DNA of 63,937 nucleotides from Pseudomonadota bacterium (GTDB lineage: Bacteria > Pseudomonadota > Gammaproteobacteria > Burkholderiales > SG8-39): NCBI GenBank assembly GCA_031376265.1, contig JANMDK010000362.1, positions 1 through 63,937 on the forward strand, given 5' to 3'. Under the pieces are notes generated by a model. That model saw only the letters and a list, made by a program, of their open reading frames with translations. It was not told the origin of the DNA and made no database searches. Shown here in pieces: positions 32,718 to 44,036 of the stretch (position 1 is the stretch's first letter; each line of letters starts with the position of its first letter). Position numbers and translations under genes: made by a program.

Positions 32718-33102
32718 CAGCCTTCAATAGGACAGCATGGGCGTCGAATTGTTCGGCGATCAGGTAGGCGAGCTACCGAGATGGATTGAGATATTTGCAA
32801 CGCGAAATTTAGCATGTCTCAAGGAAAAGTCCGTGCTTTTGCGTACTTATCCGGCAGACCAGACCCAAAGCCGTCACGTTTTGGCAACAATCCATAAATT
32901 CACTGTCAATTTATACAGTGGCTCGGGCGCACCGTCAGACCGGCTTAAGGAGCGGGCCGCCCTCTTCAACGGCGGCATCCGGTAATTCCGTTGCCCCCTC
33001 AATGATCCGAAGTCTTCATGTGGCTGCTACAGCCCTCACGCGTACAAAGCCAAAATTTTAAAAAAGATCCAGCCTAGTGTTCCCCACGCAAGCCAAAAAA
33101 AG

Positions 33103-33129
33103 GAACAAACAACAATAATGAACAAACAA
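33103..33129. repeat. Direct repeat GAACAAACAA x2 in an A-rich, low-GC spacer
   Basis: GAACAAACAA at 33103-33112 and again at 33120-33129. Surrounded by poly-A runs between two minus-strand cassettes. Confidence 0.6.
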
Positions 33130-33191
33130 TAGGCCAAGATTAGTCTCATAGCTGCCCCGGTCGAGAGCTACAGAACCTTTTGGATCTCCAT

Positions 33192-34022
33192 CTAGTGTGC
33201 AATCTGGCGATTAGATCCCGCGAGATCCAGCATCTTTTGGGCATATCTCGCCAGCCCGCGCTTGTCGTCGATGTTCACAATTTCATCGGCGTATTCGCCT
33301 AGGAGTGTGAGGGGGCCAGCAGCCGCCGCATCGCTTGTAGTGGCGTAAACGATGATCGAATTTACGTCCTTGCGGAATTTGGCTTTCGCCTTAATCAGCT
33401 TAATCGCGGCCAAGCTTGCTTCCCGCGTGTTGTCGATGACCCTCTTACTCGGGGCGCGAAAATCAACTGTTTCCGTAAACCAGTATGCCCCGTTACGAAG
33501 TGCAAACTCGGCGTAAAGGTTTTCACCACGATCAATGGGGTAGTTCGGCACTACGAGGTGCCGTCTTATGTCGCCTTCCTCTTTGCCAAGGATTTCGCTT
33601 TCCTTAAAAATCTCTCTAAGACGTGTGGAAATCCTGTTTACAGATTTGCCGTCTCCTTGGTCGCGCCCTTTCGGCAGTACTAATGTGCGCATAAGGTCAT
33701 GTACCTGGTCGGCGTACGACAACGCTGGAGTTTCGCGGAATATGCCGGTCTGTGACAGCGTCACTATGCCGAAGCGCTTAATCGCATCGATTTTTTCATC
33801 AACTGAGTCAAAACGCGCAGTCCACTGGCTCAAGGTCTCGGGAAGGTTGCGTATCTCGTCGAGATCGATCGCGCCGTCAAGAACGATGAGCTTATTGAGG
33901 CTCGGTGCAATGTGGACATCCACAGTTTCCGTGTGGAAAACAACGATGCCGATGTTAACTACTTCGCCCTTTCGCGCGTCTGGAACAGCGCGAACTACTG
34001 CATATCTATAGGAACGTTCCAT
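33192..34022 (-). CDS. DUF3037 family protein
   Basis: 276 aa. The N-terminus YRYAVVRAVPDARKGEVVNIGIVVF is characteristic of DUF3037 as I remember the family. Overlaps the upstream kinase gene by 17 bp. Confidence 0.65.
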   Translation of the reverse strand: MERSYRYAVVRAVPDARKGEVVNIGIVVFHTETVDVHIAPSLNKLIVLDGAIDLDEIRNLPETLSQWTARFDSVDEKIDAIKRFGIVTLSQTGIFRETPALSYADQVHDLMRTLVLPKGRDQGDGKSVNRISTRLREIFKESEILGKEEGDIRRHLVVPNYPIDRGENLYAEFALRNGAYWFTETVDFRAPSKRVIDNTREASLAAIKLIKAKAKFRKDVNSIIVYATTSDAAAAGPLTLLGEYADEIVNIDDKRGLARYAQKMLDLAGSNRQIAH

Positions 34023-34842
34023 TCGCGAGCCCTTTTTTTGTTACTTCTAGCCGATCCGGCGCTTCGTCGTTCCACCAGTCACACATTTGCGCCTTTTTTG
34101 GCGTCGATAGCCAATCGCGCGGCATTTCGTCGAGCCATAACCGGATTTGCTCCGCTCGTAGTCCGCGTAGCTTGCGGATAACTTCCGCCCCTGCAGCCTT
34201 GTCGTAAGGATAACCGACGACTAAGGCCCTGAAGCAGGCCATTGTGTTGCATGCCTTCTTGAGGGGCGGTACTGGCGGAGGCCAGCCGTGATAGAGCAAT
34301 GCTCGACTGTAGTCGTAAGTCTTGACCCCAAAGCTCCGGCCCGTGGATACAAGGAAGTAGTTACCGAAGTGCCTGTCGTCGTTGTAAACGAATTGGTCGA
34401 GCGCGAAGATGCTAGAGAAAATCGCCCCTAAATGAGCGAGCTTTGCTCCCGCTTCAAGGACGGCGCGCCGGGCGCCTTGGTCCCTTAGCGAAGAATCATC
34501 CCACTGCGATCCGAATCCGAGGCGCTTGTCAGCCAGCTCGACAATGGCATATTGAGGCGTTGGAATCCCGCAAGCATCTGCGAAGTGGTGGCCGAGCCAC
34601 TCCGAAGCTGGGATGCCCGGGTGACGTTTGGTCGTTTTTACAACGTAGTCCATACCGTCATCCGCTGTGACGATGAGCTCCGCGTCGGCGGAATTGAGGT
34701 CTGCCGGGTCTTCGCGGATCGTCCTAACGGTAAAAAGGTACGCTCTCGGCACGACGCGGCCCTCTTTCTGGGGGTTGGCGTGGCAAATTCTTTCGCGGAG
34801 TGTACCTCCCAACCGGGTGAAAATGGGGACGCCCCTCCGCAT
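34006..34842 (-). CDS. HipA-like serine/threonine kinase domain protein
   Basis: Catalytic-loop-like NDDRHFGN at 34360-34383, preceded by the DYVVKTTK lysine region. The maximal ORF reaches 34998 (TTG). Candidate starts are ATG 34941, ATG 34842, or GTG 34752 with an AAAGAGG RBS. Confidence 0.65.
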   Translation of the reverse strand: MRRGVPIFTRLGGTLRERICHANPQKEGRVVPRAYLFTVRTIREDPADLNSADAELIVTADDGMDYVVKTTKRHPGIPASEWLGHHFADACGIPTPQYAIVELADKRLGFGSQWDDSSLRDQGARRAVLEAGAKLAHLGAIFSSIFALDQFVYNDDRHFGNYFLVSTGRSFGVKTYDYSRALLYHGWPPPVPPLKKACNTMACFRALVVGYPYDKAAGAEVIRKLRGLRAEQIRLWLDEMPRDWLSTPKKAQMCDWWNDEAPDRLEVTKKGLANGTFL

Positions 34843-35096
34843 GGTTAGTCCGACTGCGTCTGGCCCATATGGTGGGGATGGGCCGGCAGAGGTTGCGTAG
34901 TTCCAGCCGAACCTGATATCTCGCGGGGGGCGATTACTCATGGCGAATGTGGCAGCGGCTGTCACGTTAGGCACAAGCCGCGTCGAGTTCGCATCCAAAA
35001 GCGGGGACTATCTTCCGCCGTCTTGATGGCCCAGGCGCAGCTTAGGCAGGGTGCTTGAGTGTTCTGGTCAGCGCGTGGCTGTCAGTCTCATCGTCC

Positions 35097-35399
35097 TCGG
35101 CGATCGTCGCCTGGGACATTCTCATGCTCGCCGGCATGGACGTTCGCGATCGTCCGCTCATCGAGCGCAAGAAGCTGCTGCAGAGGACGCTACGAGGCAT
35201 GGCCAGGATCTGCTTCGCCACTCATGTCGAGGGTCACGGCGAAGCGATGTACGCGCAGGCAGTGGCGGAGGAGCTGGCGGGGATCGTCGCCAAGCGCGCG
35301 GACTCGCCCTACATCGCCGGGCGGACCAGGGATTGGGTGAAGATCAAGACGCCGATTGGCCGGGAGCGGGAGGCGAAGCGGATGGAACACCGGCGGTAG
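35097..35399 (+). pseudogene. ATP-dependent DNA ligase fragment (C-terminal part of the adenylation domain only)
   Basis: IVAWDILMLAGMDVRDRPLIERKKLL...LAGIVAKRADSPYIAGRTRDWVKIK matches ligase motifs IV/V. The KxDG motif I region is absent and upstream frames are broken. Confidence 0.7.
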
Positions 35400-35412
35400 T
35401 TGCGCGGTGATT

Positions 35413-36048
35413 TTAGCTAAAGCCCTTGTCGGCAATTTCCAAGCTGCGGCTTACTTTAGCGGGATTCAGGACTTCTGCCCCCGAAGGATTTATCCACCCG
35501 CCCTTGATTTCCAGCCTCGTACCAACCGGAGCTCTGAGTCCGGGTCCGTCGGGATCGTTCCGCTCCCAAGGCTCGAAAGAAATACTCGGCTTGGGGGCGG
35601 ACAATTGACCGTCAACCTCGTGCTCGTCGATCCATATTTTCGCTTGCCCCGCCCATAGTGAGGCCCGCACGAACTCCGGCGTTGCATCAGGAACGAGCGT
35701 GCGCTGGAACTCCGCGACTACCGATGGCGCAAAGAGGGAAGTCGCGCGCGCGTTGGCGGCGACTCCGTCAGCAAGGGAACGGGCGAACTGCGCTCGATAA
35801 CCGGCGGGCGCATTGAAGAAGGCATCGTAAATATCAGGTGGGAGAACCAACACGGCAGACGCCCGATGGCAACCCGTGAGATGGCCCGATATTGCAGGTT
35901 CTCTCCAAGGTTGCGCGACGACGGCTGTGCGGGCTACCGCGAGAATGATGCTCTCATACGACGACCACGCCGATAGCCGCTGCGCCCTCTCGACATCTAC
36001 CGCAATCGTATATCCCCAACCTTCTATCAATTTCGCGCTCAAAATCAC
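35413..36048 (-). CDS. Hypothetical protein, co-transcribed with the SNase-like nuclease
   Basis: 211-aa ORF. Its start overlaps the nuclease stop by 4 bp. No recognisable motif. Confidence 0.5.
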   Translation of the reverse strand: MILSAKLIEGWGYTIAVDVERAQRLSAWSSYESIILAVARTAVVAQPWREPAISGHLTGCHRASAVLVLPPDIYDAFFNAPAGYRAQFARSLADGVAANARATSLFAPSVVAEFQRTLVPDATPEFVRASLWAGQAKIWIDEHEVDGQLSAPKPSISFEPWERNDPDGPGLRAPVGTRLEIKGGWINPSGAEVLNPAKVSRSLEIADKGFS

Positions 36049-36530
36049 TGAGCACGTTTCCTAGCCCGCCACACCCACGGCGGCTCCGGGTCCGGATCCT
36101 CCCAAAGACCTCGCCGCGCCGCTCGCGCCTCCGCCTCGACGCCATACAGCGGCGAGTTCTTGGGGGCGTAGCGCACAAACACCCAAGCCAAACCGCGCCG
36201 GACCTGCTCGGTATTGGCGTCGACGCCCGCGCACGTGATACGAACTAGAGGTCGGCCATATTGATCTTCGCCGTTCGCCTCCGCGATGGCGCGTCGCAAA
36301 AAGCAAAGGTGGAATAGCGAGGCACGGGAGTCTTTACCGCGCAACTGTTCCCACTCCGGGGCGTCAATGTCTGCAAGGCGGACCTTGTAGGTCGCGCTCC
36401 AGTTGACCAGCGTCAACGTGTCGCCGTCCTGGACCTCGGTGACGATGCCGGAGATCTCGGCCCCGCCGGCCGCGAGGGGCGCAATTGTCAGTGCGGCCAG
36501 CACTACGATGATCAACTTGTTCCTCACCAC
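36045..36530 (-). CDS. Secreted staphylococcal-nuclease (SNase/thermonuclease) family protein
   Basis: Signal peptide MVRNKLIIVVLAALTIAPLAAGGA. SNase pattern GDTLTL...KVRLADIDAPE...QYGRPL...EAEARAARRGLW. Confidence 0.85.
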   Translation of the reverse strand: MVRNKLIIVVLAALTIAPLAAGGAEISGIVTEVQDGDTLTLVNWSATYKVRLADIDAPEWEQLRGKDSRASLFHLCFLRRAIAEANGEDQYGRPLVRITCAGVDANTEQVRRGLAWVFVRYAPKNSPLYGVEAEARAARRGLWEDPDPEPPWVWRARKRAQ

Positions 36531-36627
36531 CCAACGATACAGGCCAAAGGGGCGTTGTCCAGTTCAGCGTACATAGCGGGCCGAGTGGCTCACCCCATGA
36601 GCCTGGGCCGCTGATACGCTGCTCACC

Positions 36628-37071
36628 ATGGCTTCGATCAACAAGGTAATCCTGGTGGGCAATCTCGGACGCGATCCCGAGACGCGCTACACGCCGGAGG
36701 GAGGCGCGGTCACCAACGTCAGCATCGCCACCACCGACATCTGGAAGGACAAGACCAGCGGTGAGAAGAAGGAATCCACCGAATGGCATCGGGTGGTGTT
36801 CTTCAACCGGCTAGCCGAGATCGCCGGTGAGTATCTCAAAAAAGGATCGCAGGTATATGTCGAAGGGAGCCTGCGCACCCGAAAATGGCAGGACAAGGAA
36901 GGCCAGGACAAGTACACCACTGAGATCGTGGCCGACACGATGCAGATGCTCGACTCGCGGGGCGAGCGTGCGGCAAAGCCTCGAGGCAAGGACCCGTGGG
37001 AGGAGGGGCCGAGCACGCCGGATCCGTTCGGGCTGGTGGATACGCCGAAGTATGGGGATTATCCGTTTTGA
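36628..37071 (+). CDS. ssb: Single-stranded DNA-binding protein (island copy)
   Basis: 147 aa: [35 protein letters not shown]...TEWHRVVFF. The acidic/aromatic tail ends in GDYPF. Confidence 0.92.
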   Translation: MASINKVILVGNLGRDPETRYTPEGGAVTNVSIATTDIWKDKTSGEKKESTEWHRVVFFNRLAEIAGEYLKKGSQVYVEGSLRTRKWQDKEGQDKYTTEIVADTMQMLDSRGERAAKPRGKDPWEEGPSTPDPFGLVDTPKYGDYPF

Positions 37072-37133
37072 CGCCAGCGAGAAGTAGGCTTGGATTGTGT
37101 ATTCTGGCGACATCTTGAAAAGGCGACGAACCG

Positions 37134-37523
37134 ATGTCACTCATACAACCCGGTAAGAGGAGAACGGCGAAGAGGCGGCCTGTTAAGAGAACAGGGTCGA
37201 GGCGGTCTGTAGTCGAACAGAAAACCGCATATCGTCGCTTTGGAGCGATCTGCCCTTTATGCGGAACTTGGATTCCGAAGGACATAAACTTACACAAAGA
37301 AAAGAAGCACGGCGAGCAACCGCCCGAAGTCAGGACTGCTAAGTTGCGGGAAGACGAGGCCTTGCGGCGAAAGCAACAACTGAAATCCGAGGCCGAGCTT
37401 GCGGAAGCCGCTGAAATCGCACGCGATAAGAAGCGAATACGCACACTTCATGATCGCTCCACAGCGCGAACAAAAGTCACTGCGGATATATATGCGTCAG
37501 GTCTTAGGTCAAAGAAAAAGTAA
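37134..37523 (+). CDS. Small basic protein with a C-x2-C-x10-H-x4-H zinc-finger-like motif
   Basis: 129 aa, very Lys/Arg rich. CPLCGTWIPKDINLHKEKKH. Confidence 0.5.
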   Translation: MSLIQPGKRRTAKRRPVKRTGSRRSVVEQKTAYRRFGAICPLCGTWIPKDINLHKEKKHGEQPPEVRTAKLREDEALRRKQQLKSEAELAEAAEIARDKKRIRTLHDRSTARTKVTADIYASGLRSKKK

Positions 37524-37599
37524 CACTCACCTTGATCGTAGGGCGAACAATCGAGTGAGTGGAATCGCGTCGGTCGTTTAATCTCTCTGATTCTTTGCC

Positions 37600-39399
37600 T
37601 TAGCCCCCCTGGTTACTGTTCTCTGCCTCCCGGACAAGCTTCTCGTATCTACCGTGCGATTCCAATTCGACCACTTTTCTCACCGACTCAACGGTAGAAA
37701 AAAGGTTGTCTATGTCTGTTGACTGCCCTTCTGTTCCGTAACTGTGCCTGCCTCGCGTCAGATACAGCGCTGCGATACGTGACGCTTGGGGTTCGGTGGC
37801 CAAGAGGCCGACGAGTGCCTCAATCGCGTCCGAGCACTGCTTCTCGGGGACACCATCCCGTACTCCCCTATGTTGATACAACCAACATTCGACCCCTCCG
37901 CTTTTTCGTGCGAGGGGGCGAATTTCCGCCGTTGAAAGGGCACGTCCACAGGAATCGCGAACCGAAAAGATGCGACTGAGCCCCGACCGGCACATGTCGC
38001 CGTACAAATGAACGCAGTGCTGGAGCTGCCGGCTCTCTTCGACGAGCGCCGCAGGACTTTCGAGCTCCACGACGTAAAGGTCACCAAACGGCATTGGCGA
38101 CGCCAGGATCGGAGTCCAAGCGGACGTGGGGCGTTTGATCGTCGTCGCTCGGATCCTGTTGTGCTCGTCTCTCCAGCGCACTGCCTGCCGAAATAGGGAA
38201 ACCGGACCGTGCGCCAAAATATACCTTTCAATCACCACTCCGGCTTTATGCGCGCGATCGCGGGAGCAACTTTCTGCTTTCCGCCGCCCTAGCTCCCATT
38301 CCAGCGCTACTGCGATGGCGTCGGTAAACTCTTCGATGATGGACACGACTTGTTGTGGCTCGATCCCTTGGGTCAGTTCGGGGATGCCGGTGAAGTTCTT
38401 GTGCGCAACCGAGCGCAGGAAAACAAGGCTCAAAGACGTTGTGATCGGTCGCCCGAAGAGTTCAGAAATCATCAAGCAGGCATTGGAAAAGGCGCCCCAG
38501 TCGACCTCGTTCTTGGGGCGCTTCTCAGGGGCAATCGCAGAAAGCAATCGAAATAGAACGGGAATTCGGGCTTGCCACTCCTTCCCAATCAATGCAGGCC
38601 GCTTGTGCACCATGTGTCGAACTGCGCTCTGTGATACGCCCGCAAATCGTTTCGCTAGAAAGGGAACGAGTGGCACGCCATTGTCGATTGCCTCGCGTAT
38701 CTCGAGTACAACACTGGTCGGCCCTTCCGCTTCGCCGGAGATCCAGTGGAGCAGGGCGGGGAACGTCTGGGCAAATTGCATCCGGTACCGCAGCTGCTGT
38801 TCGGTAGCAGAACGTGTGAGAAGGTTGTAGCGCGCGGATCGGAAGGCGCCCTCCTGGGTCGCCAAATTAACGGCGTCGCGATTTAGATTGTCCGAGAACC
38901 GTGCCAGCCCTTCCGCAATCGCCCCTCGGGCCTCAGCCTCTTTTTGGGCGACGAGGCGTGCAGTATCCACCTCAGGCGATCTGTTTAAGGCAAGCACTTC
39001 GGCGATCGCGCTCGTGCGTACCCTCCAGAACCCTTCCGACGATGCTAGATCGAGTGCAGGGATCGCGAGGAACACACGGAAGTCCAAGGCGAAGCTGATG
39101 TCTTCGGATAAGCGGTCTCGAGCGGCGGGGAGATCCTCACGGTCAGCCAACACCCTGGCCACATGGACGAGCGCTGGATCCGCCTCTACCACGTCAAACG
39201 GGATGCGGATCGCCCACACCGAGTTGTCCGAAAGCTCGATCAATGCCGGGATCGCCCGGGATTCCGACGTCCGCGTAGCGCCGGCCGGCGGGATTCGGCC
39301 GATAACGGTCTGCCGAACGGCCATACCCTCAGGCCAGCCGCGGTAATAAGCCGCGCTAGTACTCGCCTTGACGTTCAAATTTGAGTTCGATCGATCCAT
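37600..39399 (-). CDS. PcfJ-like protein
   Basis: The C-terminal ESRQLQHCVHLYGDMCRSGLSRIFSVRD matches the PcfJ-like signature as I remember it. The start is uncertain: ATG 39399 (MDRSNSNLNV), with the maximal ORF reaching 39525. Confidence 0.6.
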   Translation of the reverse strand: MDRSNSNLNVKASTSAAYYRGWPEGMAVRQTVIGRIPPAGATRTSESRAIPALIELSDNSVWAIRIPFDVVEADPALVHVARVLADREDLPAARDRLSEDISFALDFRVFLAIPALDLASSEGFWRVRTSAIAEVLALNRSPEVDTARLVAQKEAEARGAIAEGLARFSDNLNRDAVNLATQEGAFRSARYNLLTRSATEQQLRYRMQFAQTFPALLHWISGEAEGPTSVVLEIREAIDNGVPLVPFLAKRFAGVSQSAVRHMVHKRPALIGKEWQARIPVLFRLLSAIAPEKRPKNEVDWGAFSNACLMISELFGRPITTSLSLVFLRSVAHKNFTGIPELTQGIEPQQVVSIIEEFTDAIAVALEWELGRRKAESCSRDRAHKAGVVIERYILAHGPVSLFRQAVRWRDEHNRIRATTIKRPTSAWTPILASPMPFGDLYVVELESPAALVEESRQLQHCVHLYGDMCRSGLSRIFSVRDSCGRALSTAEIRPLARKSGGVECWLYQHRGVRDGVPEKQCSDAIEALVGLLATEPQASRIAALYLTRGRHSYGTEGQSTDIDNLFSTVESVRKVVELESHGRYEKLVREAENSNQGG

Positions 39400-39663
39400 T
39401 CGCACAAAGTACGGTTGAAGTCTTCGTCTAGGCCGCAAGTGGAAGACTTGGAGTATGGGTGGAAGGTGGCTCATGGCGTGAGCCACTACCCTGCACATAC
39501 TGGGTTCCTCCCTTTCACAGGGCAAACATCCCCCGAAAAGGTGCCGGGGGATAGGTCACTTTATGAGCCAACTAATGCTAATGTTGGAAACTTTGTTATG
39601 GCAGACGCGAATTGATTCTTCTCGTTATTTCGTGAATTGTCATCCATATAAAAAGAGTCAAAG

Positions 39664-43238
<3,575 letters not shown>

Positions 43239-43242
<4 letters not shown>

Positions 43243-44036
43243 GTCGCTGGGCCAGCCCCGTACTCGGACCTTCGGCCACCGAATTCCTCGCGGCCATCCA
43301 CTCGCAGATTCCGGTCGCGCTGATTGCCACCCCGCGAGCTGAATTCAAGTGCCAATCGAAAGACCGTTGGCAGGAGATCGAGCGCGATTTAGCGCTTGCG
43401 GACTTCGATCAAGTGCCGCTTACAAAGGCGAATCACGACTCTATAGAAGCCGTCTTTGTCCGAGGCACGGGTGTGGTCGACCTTGGTGAGAGCATGTTTA
43501 TCGCTTCGGATTTTCCACTCATCTCATTCCTCGAGACCGCAGACCAGCAGCGATTTCGGTTCTTGGTGGCCGATAGCCACATCGCCGGAATGGTCACACT
43601 GTCAGACCTGCAAAAGCTGCCGGTCTATTCCGTCCTGTTCAGTCTCGTGCTTGGCGTTGAAATGCTTCTCATGGAATGGATACGCAAGACATGCGGGACG
43701 AACGAAGCCTTGTGGCTCGAACACCTTGATGGCGGTCAGCGGGGGAATATCGAGAAGAACTGGAAGGACGCGGTCAATAAGAACCTCGGAATAGACCGTT
43801 TGTCCTGTGCGAGCTTTGGGCAGGAGATTCGTGTGGCCGTCGGCCTGGGACTCTTCAGAGAAGGTGACGATCGGCATGCGAGTATGAAAGAGCTTGAGAC
43901 TCTCAGGCACAAAATTTGTCATGGTGCTGAGTTCGCGTTGAATCCTGAACAGGCGCTCAACATTCCACGCCAAGTACGAGAAGCCCAGCATGGTGCAACC
44001 TGGCTACATGAACAAATCGGGAAACTGTCCAAATGA
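43239..44036 (+). CDS. Small HEPN-domain protein (Rx4H) with a possible CBS-like N-terminal module
   Basis: 265 aa with ATGA overlaps to both neighbours. RHKICH at nt 43905-43922. The N-terminal FLVADSHIAGMVTLSDLQKL looks CBS-like (weak call). Confidence 0.65.

Noticed and set aside
32737-32985. An 82-aa plus-strand ORF in the gap between the two tRNA-proximal cassettes.
   Set aside because: It has no RBS and no recognisable motif. It lies in the likely promoter region of the divergent minus-strand cassette, so coding potential is unconvincing.
37020-37071. An unusual SSB C-terminal tip (GDYPF instead of the canonical acidic DDDIPF-type tail).
   Set aside because: The aromatic-Pro-Phe end is preserved. 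Such variation is common among plasmid and ICE SSBs and is not clearly significant.
39528-39552. A hairpin, ATCCCCCG-n9-CGGGGGAT, between the PcfJ-like gene and the helicase gene, considered as a terminator.
   Set aside because: No U-tract follows on either strand. It may lie within the 5' end of the PcfJ-like ORF if the long start is used.
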